Source: Candidatus Shapirobacteria bacterium (GTDB taxonomy: Bacteria; Patescibacteriota; Microgenomatia; UBA12405). From it: 64,000 bases of DNA. The stretch is taken from the NCBI GenBank assembly GCA_028704885.1, contig JAQWEN010000001.1:286679-350678 (forward strand), given 5' to 3'. Both the position numbers and the translations under genes were made by a program. Below are positions 1 through 10,206 of this stretch, one piece after another. Every line of letters starts with the position of its first letter. Within the stretch, counting starts at the first letter, position 1. The notes below the pieces were generated by a model. That model searched no databases, was not told the origin of the DNA, and saw only the letters and a list, made by a program, of their open reading frames with translations.

Positions 1-1815
1 TTGATCTTCGATTTCTTTTCGTGGTCGGTTTAAGGAACCAGTTATGGCAAAACTTTTATTAGAGATATTAGAATTTAAGTGTTGAATTGTAGATTTTAAT
101 GAAACTTGGGAAAGAATAGATTCAATCCAACTTTTTCGGATATCAATCCCCTCTTTTATTTTTTTAGCCAAAGTTATTTGAATACCAGGAAGAGATTCTA
201 ATTTAGCAATTGTAAGTTCTAATATTTTTTCTGGAGTATTGAAACCTTGAGAGATTAATTGTTGAATTCTTTTGCCACTGAAATTAGGAATACTGGCGGC
301 AGTGAGAATTTGTTTAAGAGTGAGAGTTTTTTTGGCCTGAATTTGGTGAACAATATTTTGGCCGGATTTTTCACCAAGGCCAGCAAGGTTAGAAAAATCG
401 GAGATATTTAGTTTATAAAAATCACCAGGTAATTTAATTAAATTGACTTGATAAAGTTTTTCAATAGTTTTATCAGAAATGCCTTTGATTTCTAGAGCAT
501 CACAAAATAATTTTAAAGAGCCGAGAATCTGAGCTGGACAATTTTGAATGTTGGGACATTTCAAAAATTTTGATTCGATAATTAATAAAGTACCGCAAGA
601 TGGACAATTTGTTGGAGCTAAAATATGATTTTCGGCGACTTTATTAACAACATGATCAATATGAGGAATAACATCACCACGGCGACTGACTTCAACAATG
701 TCGTTGATGTTAATATTTTTTTCTTTGATTAAATCGTAATTGGCTAAGGAAGCAAAAGTGATAATGGCGCCGGAAATTTCGATGGGGTCGACTTTAGCAA
801 CTGGAGTAATCATGCCCAATGGTCCGACTTGCCAATCAATAGAAATGATTCTGGTTTGGGAAGAACGGGCGGGAAATTTATAAGCTACTTGACCTTTAGG
901 ACGATTATTTTTGATACCTAATTCATTTTGAATTTTTTGATCATTAATTTTTATAACTAGACCATCGATTTCAAATGGATAGTCAAGGCGGGTTTGGTTT
1001 AAAAATTTTTGATAGATGGCTTCAATTTGATCAAAATTCTGGCAATGAAAAGTTTCAACAGGAGTAAACCCAATAGTTTTTAAAAAATTAATTTTTTCTA
1101 ATTCAGTATTAAATTTTTTAATTGAAGAAAAAATATTAACAGCAATGAGACTGCAATATTCAGAAAATTGACTGTCAAGGCGTTGAGAAATACCAGAAAC
1201 AGCATTACGAGAATTACTGTATAAACCCTCTGTCTCGTTTTGCTCGCCACCTCCCTTGACAGGGCGGCTTTTTATAATTTGATTTAATTTTTGAAAATCT
1301 TTTTCTAAAATAACTATTTCACAGCGAATAGAGCCAGAAAAATCCTTCGGCAAGCTCAGGACAAAATTTTTCATTTTGACAACATTTTGAGTGATAATAT
1401 CCCCTATTTCACCATCGCCTCGAGTAACAGCTTCAATAAGTTGTCCATTTTTATACTCAATTTCAAGAGAAATGCCGTCGCATTTTGGCTGGACTACAAA
1501 ATCAGTATCGGTATTAATTTTCTTTAATTCAAAATAGTGGATTAGATCCTCAATTCGATTAACTTTATTTTGAGAACCCATGGGCATAATGTGTTTTTTC
1601 TTATCGAAACCAGTATCAAAATTTTCATGTCCGGCCTTGGTAAAAATTCGATGATAGGGATTTTTTTGGTGCAATATTTCTTCAAGAGTGTCAAAAGTAT
1701 GATCATCCATGATAGGTTTACCGGTGGTGTAATAGACTTTTTTAGCATCCATTAAAAGTTCACCTAATTTTTCGGGAGAAATATTTTTAAGATCAAGAGA
1801 ATCAAGAGTGATCAT
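1..1815 (-). CDS. ligA: NAD-dependent DNA ligase (3' end runs off window)
   Basis: Not in ORF track. Hand translation from ATG at 1815: MITLDSLD...YYTTGKPIMDDHTFD...QPKCDGISLE (KxDG adenylation motif), TRGDG, NSRNA; BRCT start FAITGSL at window edge. Confidence 0.95.
   Translation of the reverse strand, partial: MITLDSLDLKNISPEKLGELLMDAKKVYYTTGKPIMDDHTFDTLEEILHQKNPYHRIFTKAGHENFDTGFDKKKHIMPMGSQNKVNRIEDLIHYFELKKINTDTDFVVQPKCDGISLEIEYKNGQLIEAVTRGDGEIGDIITQNVVKMKNFVLSLPKDFSGSIRCEIVILEKDFQKLNQIIKSRPVKGGGEQNETEGLYSNSRNAVSGISQRLDSQFSEYCSLIAVNIFSSIKKFNTELEKINFLKTIGFTPVETFHCQNFDQIEAIYQKFLNQTRLDYPFEIDGLVIKINDQKIQNELGIKNNRPKGQVAYKFPARSSQTRIISIDWQVGPLGMITPVAKVDPIEISGAIITFASLANYDLIKEKNININDIVEVSRRGDVIPHIDHVVNKVAENHILAPTNCPSCGTLLIIESKFLKCPNIQNCPAQILGSLKLFCDALEIKGISDKTIEKLYQVNLIKLPGDFYKLNISDFSNLAGLGEKSGQNIVHQIQAKKTLTLKQILTAASIPNFSGKRIQQLISQGFNTPEKILELTIAKLESLPGIQITLAKKIKEGIDIRKSWIESILSQVSLKSTIQHLNSNISNKSFAITGSLNRPRKEIEDQ
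1222..1272. repeat. GC-rich REP-like palindromic element in frame within ligA
   Basis: aaccctctgtctcgttttgctcgccacctcccttgacagggcggctt; encodes SRPVKGGGEQNETEGL; core ctcccttga shared with intergenic element at 10941-10980. Confidence 0.55.
1342..1364. repeat. Short REP-like element (ccttcg-caagctcagg type) within ligA
   Basis: atccttcggcaagctcaggacaa, imperfect hairpin, encodes VLSLPKD. Confidence 0.45.
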
Positions 1816-1846
1816 AGCTTGATTATAGCTTAAATTGGCTGGTTTT

Positions 1847-2485
1847 TTATTGTTTTTGTCTTAGAAATTTATTGAGATGAAAAATAAATTTCATTGGATC
1901 GTCAACAAAAGGAAAATGGCCAGAATTAGGTATAATTTTAATTTTTGAATCATTTATACTTTTTTTAATTTTTTTGCCAAAAATTACTGGAGTAACAAGG
2001 TCACGGCTGCCCCAAATAATTAAGGTTTCATTTTTTAATTTACTGGCTTCTTTAAGAAGATCACAATAAACAGCGTTTTGAAAGGTTTTTTCCATGACTG
2101 AACTATTGATATTTGGTTTAAAAAAATGGATTAAAAAATAATAAATAGTCTTTCTGATAGAATATTTGTCTTTAACAATGGCAGCATCAACCAAAATAAG
2201 TTTTATTTTTTGATTTGGAAATTTGGATAAAAATTTGACACAAACGGAACCTCCAAAAGAATGTCCTAAAAGAATTGGATTATCAAATTTGTTTTTGATA
2301 ATAAAAGTTTTCAACCAGTCAGCATATTTATCTAAATTGTAAGGATAATTTATTTTTATTTCACCAAAACCAGGCATGATTGGAGAAAATACTTGATATT
2401 CCCTTTCTAAAATTGGTTTTATCAGATTAAAATAATCAGGATTTTGACTCCAACCGTGAAGAAGAATTAGAGTGGGTTTAAGCAT
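1847..2485 (-). CDS. Alpha/beta fold hydrolase
   Basis: LLHGW, GHSFGG nucleophile elbow, WGSRD, GHFPF; start moved to MLKPTL (ATG 2485) overlapping the fic stop. Confidence 0.9.
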   Translation of the reverse strand: MLKPTLILLHGWSQNPDYFNLIKPILEREYQVFSPIMPGFGEIKINYPYNLDKYADWLKTFIIKNKFDNPILLGHSFGGSVCVKFLSKFPNQKIKLILVDAAIVKDKYSIRKTIYYFLIHFFKPNINSSVMEKTFQNAVYCDLLKEASKLKNETLIIWGSRDLVTPVIFGKKIKKSINDSKIKIIPNSGHFPFVDDPMKFIFHLNKFLRQKQ

Positions 2486-3611
2486 TGGCAAGGCAATAAT
2501 AGGCGCCTTTGGTTGAACCGCGTTTTTCAACAGCACCAGAATCGACTAATTTTTTTAGATCACGCCAGATGGTATCGTCGGAAACCATAGGAAGAAGTTG
2601 TTGGGCATCAGGCATACGAAGACCGCCAAACTGCTGCATATATTCAACTAATTTAATTTGTCGTTCAGTTAGATGAAGCTGTTTGCCACCGAGTTTTTGT
2701 TTTAATTTAATATCGCGAGAAAGGGATTGAACTTTGGCTTTAACACGGGCTAATTCGATGGCTAGGGCTTCGGTAAAATAACTAATCCAATTAGTCATGT
2801 CTCTTTTGAAAATATCAGAAGAAAGTTCATGAGTGGCTTGAAGGGTGTTGTAATAAGTTTCGGCATTACGATCGAAATATTCTTCAAGAGAAAAAAGACG
2901 ACGAATATCGTAACCTTCGACATATAAAGGCAACATAGCAAAGGCACGGCTAACGCGACCATTACCCTCAACAAAAGGATGAATAGCAACCAAAATATAT
3001 TGAGCAATGGCAGCACGAATAGCGGGATGAACTTCACGAGAAGCAGTGTTATTTAACCAATCAATAAAATCGGCAATTAGATAAGGAACTTCAATAGCTG
3101 GAGGCGGTCGATGGGCAATCTCACCAGTACGAGTGTTTTTTAAAACAACTTGTTGATGACGATATTTACCACAATCGATTTCGGGAATAACTTTGGCAGT
3201 GGTTAATTCGTGAATTCTTTTAATTAAGGTTTCGCTATAAAAAAAAGGTCGATTAACACCATTGGTGGGAGGTAAAACAGTTTTTTCTTCTGGAAGAGGC
3301 ATGTTGGCATCGTAAAGAGACCAGATTTCTTCGAGGTAAGAAACAACATTTCGATAATTAATTACTTCTTGAATATCGCGCTCGGTGGCAGTAATTTGTT
3401 GACCTTCAACCAATTTAGCGACTTCTTGGAAAGTTAAATCATTTCCTTCGATTCTAGTACCAAAATGGACGGTTCGGACAATGGCTTCTTGTTGAAATTG
3501 TTTTTCGTAAGCAGGAATTAATGGAGCTTCATCAATGATAGCTTTGGCACCTTCGATGATGCCAATGTTTTTGAGAATTTGATTATTGATTGAAAAGATG
3601 GGGTAAAACAT
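2478..3611 (-). CDS. Fic family protein with C-terminal winged HTH
   Basis: HPFVEGNGRVSR Fic motif; N-terminal TRIEGN inhibitory helix; DeoR-like wHTH SDDTIWRDLKKLV. Confidence 0.93.
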   Translation of the reverse strand: MFYPIFSINNQILKNIGIIEGAKAIIDEAPLIPAYEKQFQQEAIVRTVHFGTRIEGNDLTFQEVAKLVEGQQITATERDIQEVINYRNVVSYLEEIWSLYDANMPLPEEKTVLPPTNGVNRPFFYSETLIKRIHELTTAKVIPEIDCGKYRHQQVVLKNTRTGEIAHRPPPAIEVPYLIADFIDWLNNTASREVHPAIRAAIAQYILVAIHPFVEGNGRVSRAFAMLPLYVEGYDIRRLFSLEEYFDRNAETYYNTLQATHELSSDIFKRDMTNWISYFTEALAIELARVKAKVQSLSRDIKLKQKLGGKQLHLTERQIKLVEYMQQFGGLRMPDAQQLLPMVSDDTIWRDLKKLVDSGAVEKRGSTKGAYYCLANA

Positions 3612-3838
3612 CTGACTAAGATTATAACACTTTTTAAAAAATCAATAAGGGGAAAATGCGGAAATAATGTCTTTACTTTTCGATATTTATAGGCCTATTG
3701 ATTACACACACGGCCGATAAAAAAGTCCCCTATTTTAGATTCATTGATGTTTGTCAATCAGATATAAATTTTGATTTTTTATTTTTTTTATGTTCGAAAA
3801 ATGCCTATAGTTCGAAAAATTTGATATACATTGTATTA

Positions 3839-3868
3839 TTGACGGTGCTAAAAAATGAAGACTATAAT
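3839..3868 (+). promoter_or_regulatory. Sigma70-type promoter for beta-CASP gene
   Basis: TTGACG-N18-TATAAT, 39 nt upstream of ATG 3908. Confidence 0.6.
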
Positions 3869-3907
3869 GTGACCTATAGCTTATTAAAAGTTGCTATTTT
3901 TTAAATT

Positions 3908-5392
3908 ATGGGTAGACCTGAATCATCCAAAGGAAAAATGTCAATTATTTCTTATGGAGGAGTAGGAGGATTAGTAACTGGCTCTTCTCATTTAATAGAA
4001 TCAAAAGGTTCTAAATTTTTAATAGATTTGGGAATGTTTCAGGGTCGTAGGGAAGAAAGGTCAGAAAGAGGCGAAAGAAGAAATTTAACATCGTTGTCAG
4101 AAATAGAGAGAGGATTAAATCAGGTTGTAATAACGCACGCTCATTGTGATCATTCAGCTAGAGTGCCGAAACTTTATGCTGATGATTTTCGACCGGAAAC
4201 ATTGGCGACAGAAGCGACTGTGGCTTTCATGTGGCCATTATTAAACAATTCGGCGGATATTCAACAATCACAATATGCCCCTGGAGATAGAATCTATAAT
4301 AGACATGATGTGGAAACAACATTTAGACATGTTAGAGGAGTGAAGTCTTTTAAAGAAATACCAATAGGTCAGAAAAATAGTAATATGACGGTTGAATTTT
4401 TATTAAATGGCCACGTTGAAGGAAGCAGTTCAATTTTATTTAGAAATTATAATAATAATAAAAATGTTCTTTTTACAGGTGATATGGGAAAACCAGTTCA
4501 GTCTTTATGTGGTGGTTATACTGATTTTATGGATAAATATCCACAAGATCCAATAGATGTATTAATGATTGAATCAACTAATTTTGAAAAAGAGCCGGTT
4601 TTGTTTGAAGATAAAAGAAGAGAAATATTGGATACAATTCAGAGTGTTTGGGCTGGTGGAGGTAATTCAGTATTCCCAGTTTTGTCTTTTCATCGATGCC
4701 AGGAATTAATGGAAATGATTCATAACGGTCAGAAAAATGGCAATATACCAGTTGATTGTGAAATTATTATTGATTCTCCTTTAGCTATGGAGATAACTGA
4801 TGTTTATAAAAAACTTGGTCCTAAATATTTATCGCCAAGATATGGAAATGATCCAAATTTTTATAAAACAGATGAAGAAAGCATTTCCAGATTTGATTTA
4901 AAAAATTTAAGAGTTATCAATTCACATGAAGAGTCAGTTTACAACGATGCAACAATGGCCAAGTGTGGAAAGAAAGTGATTATTTTGGCTGGTGGCGGAA
5001 TGGGTGACCACGGGAGGTCAGTCAATTATTTGAAAGGTGACTTTTGTAAAAATCCAAAAAATGCAGTGGTGTACACTTGTTATCAAGTTGAGGGTACCTA
5101 TGGAGCAAACATGTTGTATAACGAGAAATGTTCAAAAGAAAATAAGGAAAAATATTCAAAAGACAAAAAAACTGGGGCCCAGGTTTATAAAATAGAGGGT
5201 TTTACAAGCCATATTAGTGGACCAGAAGAGACTTTTGATTTTTTAGGAAGATTTAATTTAGAGAATTTAAAAACAGTAATTATTGGTCATGGTAAAGAAT
5301 CTGCTGGAGAAAAAATGGCTGAAGAATTTATAAGAAGAGGCTATCAGGCAAAAATAATTAGACCAGGTATTCGTCAATCAATTGAATTTTAA
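3908..5392 (+). CDS. MBL-fold metallo-hydrolase, beta-CASP (Ysh1/TTHA0252-like) ribonuclease
   Basis: IDLGMFQG, THAHCDH, GHVEGS, FTGD, IEST, RCQE, GFTSH, GHG motifs. Confidence 0.9.
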   Translation: MGRPESSKGKMSIISYGGVGGLVTGSSHLIESKGSKFLIDLGMFQGRREERSERGERRNLTSLSEIERGLNQVVITHAHCDHSARVPKLYADDFRPETLATEATVAFMWPLLNNSADIQQSQYAPGDRIYNRHDVETTFRHVRGVKSFKEIPIGQKNSNMTVEFLLNGHVEGSSSILFRNYNNNKNVLFTGDMGKPVQSLCGGYTDFMDKYPQDPIDVLMIESTNFEKEPVLFEDKRREILDTIQSVWAGGGNSVFPVLSFHRCQELMEMIHNGQKNGNIPVDCEIIIDSPLAMEITDVYKKLGPKYLSPRYGNDPNFYKTDEESISRFDLKNLRVINSHEESVYNDATMAKCGKKVIILAGGGMGDHGRSVNYLKGDFCKNPKNAVVYTCYQVEGTYGANMLYNEKCSKENKEKYSKDKKTGAQVYKIEGFTSHISGPEETFDFLGRFNLENLKTVIIGHGKESAGEKMAEEFIRRGYQAKIIRPGIRQSIEF

Positions 5393-6031
5393 CTAAGCAA
5401 GAAAAATAAAATCTAGGGCATTTCGGGGGTCGACGTTGGCATTAATCATCTGAATGGCTTTAATTATTTTTTCAATTAAAATTCGATTTTTTTGATCGGG
5501 ATTTTTAGTTAATTGCTGCTGATAAAAACAAAGTTCGTTTTCCAATAAGGGCAAAATCCCCTCTTTATCTTTGCCGAGTTTTTCAGATAGGGCTAAATCT
5601 TTGGATAAATTACCAGTAATAACAATTTGAGTTTTATTTTCAAATTTAGATTTTTCGGAAATTTTAACAACTTGGCAACGGGAAAGAATTGTCGGTAAAA
5701 TGCTTTTAATTTTATTGGTGGATAAAATTAGATAGTTATTACTTCCGGGTTCTTCGAGATTTTTTAAAAGAGCATTTTGGGATTCAGAGTTAAGATTTTG
5801 GATTTCTAGAATGACGACAATTTTGCTTTGGTGAGAAAAAGGTTTTTGAGAAAGAAAGTTATTTATTTTTCTAATTTGATCAATCCCCCAGCCTGAATCT
5901 TGATTTATTAATAAGATATCTGGATTATTTTGATTAAATTGATGATCTAAAAAAGAACATATTTGGCAGATTTTTTGATCGACCGTTTCTTTATTTTTAG
6001 CGATGATTAAGGTTGAAGGAAAAATATCCAT
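5393..6031 (-). CDS. holB: DNA polymerase III delta' subunit-like (short)
   Basis: NPD, IDQIR, QNALLKNLEEP, ILPTILSRC motifs. Confidence 0.85.
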   Translation of the reverse strand: MDIFPSTLIIAKNKETVDQKICQICSFLDHQFNQNNPDILLINQDSGWGIDQIRKINNFLSQKPFSHQSKIVVILEIQNLNSESQNALLKNLEEPGSNNYLILSTNKIKSILPTILSRCQVVKISEKSKFENKTQIVITGNLSKDLALSEKLGKDKEGILPLLENELCFYQQQLTKNPDQKNRILIEKIIKAIQMINANVDPRNALDFIFLA

Positions 6032-6076
6032 AATGCTTGTTTTGCGGTTAAAAAAAATGTACTATGATTATATATT

Positions 6077-7816
6077 ATGAATGATCCTGCCTCAAAAATA
6101 TACAAGAACTTAAAGGATGCCCTCTTGGAAAAAGGCTTAATTGATCAGGAAAAATACGAAGAAATTAACCTAAGACAGCTAAAAACTGGAGAAACAGAAG
6201 AAGAAGTAATAAAGGCATTAAGACTGGTGAGTGACGTTGATTTTATTAAATCAAAAGCTTTATTTTTGAGAGTACCTTTTATAGATTTGGAGACAATTGG
6301 TTTTTCACCGGAAGCTTTGACATTAGTGCCGGAAAGTGTGGCTCAGAAATATAAAATAGTCCCCTATGGTTTGGATACAAAAAATAAGATTTTGTCGATT
6401 ACGATGGTTAACCCCCTTGATTTGGAAACGATTGAATTTTTGGAAAAAAAGACAAATTTAAAAATAGCGGTCGCAATTTCTTTGGAAAAACAAATTATTT
6501 CCTATATTAAGGAAAAATATATTAGGGAAAAGAATATTACATCAGAAGTTACTAGGGCTTTGGATGAAAGAAAAGACGAAGAGAAAATGACGAAACTGGC
6601 TGATGAAAAAGTGGCAGTTGAGGCACCAGTGGCCAAAATAGTATCGACTATTTTGGAATATGCAGTCAAATCAAGAGCCTCTGATGTTCATATTGAACCA
6701 CAAGAAGATAATGTGAGAATTAGATATAGAATTGATGGTATTTTACAGGAAAAATATTTATTACCGAGAAATGTTCATGATGCTGTAGTTTCGAGAATTA
6801 AGATTTTATCTAATTTGAAAATTGATGAAAAAAGAATACCCCAAGATGGGCGTTTTTTCTTTTCAGCTGATGGCAACGATGTAGATTTGCGTATATCAAC
6901 ATTACCAACAACTTATGGTGAAAAAGTGGTTATGCGTTTACTTAAAAAAGCCCAAAAAGTGCCAACATTACAAGAACTTGGTTTAAGAGGGTTAGCTTTA
7001 AAAAATTTAATGACTTCAATTCAAAGACCTCATGGAATTATTATTGTTTGTGGTCCAACTGGATCTGGTAAAACAACAACTTTGTATTCTGTTTTAGATA
7101 TTGTGGCGACATCAAAAGTTAATGTGGTGACAGTTGAAGATCCAGTTGAATATCAAATGAAAGGGGTAAATCAAGTTCAAGTTAATGTTCAGGCTGGTTT
7201 AACTTTTGCTTCGGCTTTACGTTCTTTTTTACGTCAAGATCCCAATGTAATAATGGTAGGAGAAATTCGTGATCAAGAAACTGCTGATTTGGCTGTAAAT
7301 GCGGCATTAACTGGACATTTGGTGTTTTCAACTTTACATACTAATGATGCTTCTGGTGTTCCTCCCCGACTTTTGGATATGGGAGTAGAACCATTTTTGT
7401 TAACTTCATCCTTAAATTGTGTTGTCGGACAAAGAGTTTTACGAAAAGTTTGTAAAGATTGCGTAGGTGAAAAAGAAATTCCTCAAGAGAATTTGGATGA
7501 TTTAAAAAAGACATTAGGTCCTATTTTTAATATGATTGAGGAAAAATTTGCCAAAGATGGGAAAAAGCTGACATTGCCAAAGATTGTGGGCTGTGAGAAA
7601 TGTAATAATACTGGATATTTAGGAAGAGTTGCTATTTACGAAGTAATGCCAGTTACAGAAAAATTGAGTAAATTAATAGTTGAAAAAGCAGCGGCTTCGG
7701 ATATTCAAAAACAGGCAATGGAGGAAGGAATGTTGACCATGAAACAGGATGGTTATGTTAAAGTTTTAGAAGGAGTGACTAGTATGGATGAAGTTATTAG
7801 AGTTGCACAATATTAA
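6077..7816 (+). CDS. pilB: Type IV pilus assembly ATPase PilB/GspE
   Basis: ASDVHIEP, GPTGSGKTT, EDPVEY, LRQDPNVIMVGEIRD, CxxC..CxxC. Confidence 0.95.
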   Translation: MNDPASKIYKNLKDALLEKGLIDQEKYEEINLRQLKTGETEEEVIKALRLVSDVDFIKSKALFLRVPFIDLETIGFSPEALTLVPESVAQKYKIVPYGLDTKNKILSITMVNPLDLETIEFLEKKTNLKIAVAISLEKQIISYIKEKYIREKNITSEVTRALDERKDEEKMTKLADEKVAVEAPVAKIVSTILEYAVKSRASDVHIEPQEDNVRIRYRIDGILQEKYLLPRNVHDAVVSRIKILSNLKIDEKRIPQDGRFFFSADGNDVDLRISTLPTTYGEKVVMRLLKKAQKVPTLQELGLRGLALKNLMTSIQRPHGIIIVCGPTGSGKTTTLYSVLDIVATSKVNVVTVEDPVEYQMKGVNQVQVNVQAGLTFASALRSFLRQDPNVIMVGEIRDQETADLAVNAALTGHLVFSTLHTNDASGVPPRLLDMGVEPFLLTSSLNCVVGQRVLRKVCKDCVGEKEIPQENLDDLKKTLGPIFNMIEEKFAKDGKKLTLPKIVGCEKCNNTGYLGRVAIYEVMPVTEKLSKLIVEKAAASDIQKQAMEEGMLTMKQDGYVKVLEGVTSMDEVIRVAQY

Positions 7817-7850
7817 ATTAATAATTAAAAATTAAGAATTAATAATAAAT

Positions 7851-8921
7851 ATGAATATAAAGATGGAGGAAATTTTAAAATTTGCGGTTGCTAATAAGGC
7901 TTCTGATGTTCATTTAATTTCCGATGTTTCACCAAAGATCAGAGTTAACGGCGAACTTTTAAATATTGCTGGTTTTGAAAAGGCAGATAAAAAAGAAATT
8001 ACAGAAATGGTTTTATCTCTTTTAGATGAAAAACAATTGGAAATATTTAAAACAGAAAAGGAATTAGACTTTTCTTTTGATGCCGCCGGTGGAACTCGTA
8101 TTAGAGCTAATGTTTATCTTCAAAAAGGTGAAGCATCCGCTGCTTTGAGACTAATATCATCAAAAATACCAACTTTTGAAGAGCTAGGAATACCAGATAT
8201 TTTGAAAACTTTTGCTAAATACAAACAAGGATTTGTGTTAGTAACCGGTCCAACCGGACATGGTAAATCAACCACAGTAGCGGCTATTTTGGAAGAAATT
8301 AATGCGACCAGAGGTGGTCATATTGTGACGATAGAAGATCCAGTGGAATATTTAATTAAACCGGAAAAAGCGATTATATCTCAACGAGAAATGGGTGGAG
8401 ATACTAATAGTTTCAGTTTATCTTTAAGATCTTGCTTAAGGCAAGATCCGAATGTAGTGTTTTTGGGAGAAATGAGAGATTTGGAATCAACATCTTCAGC
8501 ACTGACTATTGCCGAAACTGGCCATTTAGTATTTTCAGTTTTGCACACAAATTCGGCTGCCCAAACAATAGATAGAATTATTGATGTTTTTCCATCTGAT
8601 GCTAAAGATCAAATTAGAGTTCAGTTATCAACTGTAATTACAGCTATTGTGTCACAAAGATTAGTGCCAGCAATTGATGGCGGCAGAATTCCGGTTTTTG
8701 AAATTTTAATTGCAACGCCAGCCGTGCGAAACGTAATTAGAGAAGGAAAATCTTTTATGATTGATAATATTATCCAAACCAGTTCAGATATTGGAATGAT
8801 TAGTTTTGATGCTTATATGGCTAAGCTAGTGTTGGATGGTAAAGTTTCTGAAGAAGTGGCAATGAGCTATTCGACTAATCCAGTTGAGTTACAAAGTAAA
8901 TTAAGACGCCAAAAAATATGA
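7851..8921 (+). CDS. pilT: Type IV pilus retraction ATPase
   Basis: ASDVHL, GPTGHGKST, GEMRD, AETGHLVF, AVRNVIRE (AIRNLIRE motif). Confidence 0.95.
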   Translation: MNIKMEEILKFAVANKASDVHLISDVSPKIRVNGELLNIAGFEKADKKEITEMVLSLLDEKQLEIFKTEKELDFSFDAAGGTRIRANVYLQKGEASAALRLISSKIPTFEELGIPDILKTFAKYKQGFVLVTGPTGHGKSTTVAAILEEINATRGGHIVTIEDPVEYLIKPEKAIISQREMGGDTNSFSLSLRSCLRQDPNVVFLGEMRDLESTSSALTIAETGHLVFSVLHTNSAAQTIDRIIDVFPSDAKDQIRVQLSTVITAIVSQRLVPAIDGGRIPVFEILIATPAVRNVIREGKSFMIDNIIQTSSDIGMISFDAYMAKLVLDGKVSEEVAMSYSTNPVELQSKLRRQKI

Positions 8922-10129
8922 CGAAATTTTTTTATAAAGCTAAAGATTGGAGTGGAAAAACAATAAAAGGAGTTTTGGATTCTCAAGATAAAAAGAGTGC
9001 TTTGGAATCAATTAAAGGCGGAGGTTTAGTGCCATTGGCAATAGTTGCCGAAAGCACTTCAGTTTTTAATGATATCTATAAAAAACTATTTTCAAAAATT
9101 AGTTTGAAACAAATTTCAAATTTTACAAGGCAATTGTCAACCATGATGAACTCTGGTTTGGCCTTAACTGATGCTTTGTCGCTTTTAAAAAATCAAACAG
9201 ACAAAAAGAGTTTGATGTTTGAAATTTTGGATTATACATTAGAAACTGTTCAGGGAGGACATTCTTTGGCTGATGGTTTGGGAAAATATAAGAAAAATTT
9301 TGGTGAAGCGTTTATTGCTTCAATCGATGCTGGAGAAGAGGGTGGAGTTTTGGAAGAAGTGTTAACAAAATTAGCCGATAATTTGGAAAAACAAAATGAA
9401 TTTGCCAGCAAAGTTAAAGGAGCAATGATTTATCCAGTAATCGTTATTATTGGTATGATTGCGGTGGTAATTATTATGATGGTGTTTGTTATCCCTAAAT
9501 TAATGGGATTATATACTGATTTTGGAGCCAAAATGCCGGCATCAACTCAATTGTTGATGGATATATCTGGTTTTATGACTAAATTTTGGTTTTTGATCCC
9601 AATTTTAATAATCGGTGGTTTTATGTTTTTTAAAATTGGTAATCAAAATGCTAATTTTAGACTTAAAAGAGATATTTTTAAATTAAAGATTCCAATTGTT
9701 GGAGTTTTAAATCAAAAAACTATTTTGGCAACTACTATTAGAACTATGTCGATGTTGTTGTCGGCTGGTATTCCTTTGGTTGATGCTTTAAAAATTGTTT
9801 CTAGTGTTGCTGCTAATGAATTATTTAGAGGAGCTTATTTGAAAATTTCTGAGAGAGTCCAAAAAGGTTTCAGTATTGCTAATTCTTTTGAAGAAACAGG
9901 AGTTTTTCCAGTGATTATTAATCAAATGGTGGCTACTGGAGAAGCAACAGGAAAATTAGACACAGTTCTATTAAAAGTTTCTGATTATTTTTCAGCTGAG
10001 GCTGAACAGTCGGTTAAATCTTTAACTTCAGCTATTGAACCAATAATTATGATTCTTTTGGGTTTAGGGGTAGCATTTTTGGTGGTGGCCGTTTTAATGC
10101 CGATTTATAATTTGACATCCAGTATGTAG
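8918..10129 (+). CDS. pilC: Type IV pilus platform protein PilC/GspF
   Basis: FTRQLSTM, GEEGG, AMIYP, GEATGKLD, IEP; three TM segments. Confidence 0.95.
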   Translation: MTKFFYKAKDWSGKTIKGVLDSQDKKSALESIKGGGLVPLAIVAESTSVFNDIYKKLFSKISLKQISNFTRQLSTMMNSGLALTDALSLLKNQTDKKSLMFEILDYTLETVQGGHSLADGLGKYKKNFGEAFIASIDAGEEGGVLEEVLTKLADNLEKQNEFASKVKGAMIYPVIVIIGMIAVVIIMMVFVIPKLMGLYTDFGAKMPASTQLLMDISGFMTKFWFLIPILIIGGFMFFKIGNQNANFRLKRDIFKLKIPIVGVLNQKTILATTIRTMSMLLSAGIPLVDALKIVSSVAANELFRGAYLKISERVQKGFSIANSFEETGVFPVIINQMVATGEATGKLDTVLLKVSDYFSAEAEQSVKSLTSAIEPIIMILLGLGVAFLVVAVLMPIYNLTSSM

Positions 10130-10139
10130 ATTTTGATAA

Positions 10140-10175
10140 CTGTCACTTGACAGCGCAATTTTAGTGGTGAATAAT
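10140..10175 (+). promoter_or_regulatory. Promoter of putative major pilin with palindrome over -35
   Basis: TTGACA(10147)-N17-AATAAT; CTGTCA-ct-TGACAG inverted repeat 10140-10153. Confidence 0.55.
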
Positions 10176-10206
10176 GAATTAATAGAATTAAATATTTATT
10201 AAAAAA

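Noticed and set aside
1542-1755. Short ORFs 1542-1748 and 1570-1755
   Set aside because: Alternative-frame or antisense shadows of ligA
6077-6250. MshEN c-di-GMP-binding motif in PilB as receptor for the GGDEF protein
   Set aside because: Motif is degenerate (NLK instead of RLG); binding is not supported
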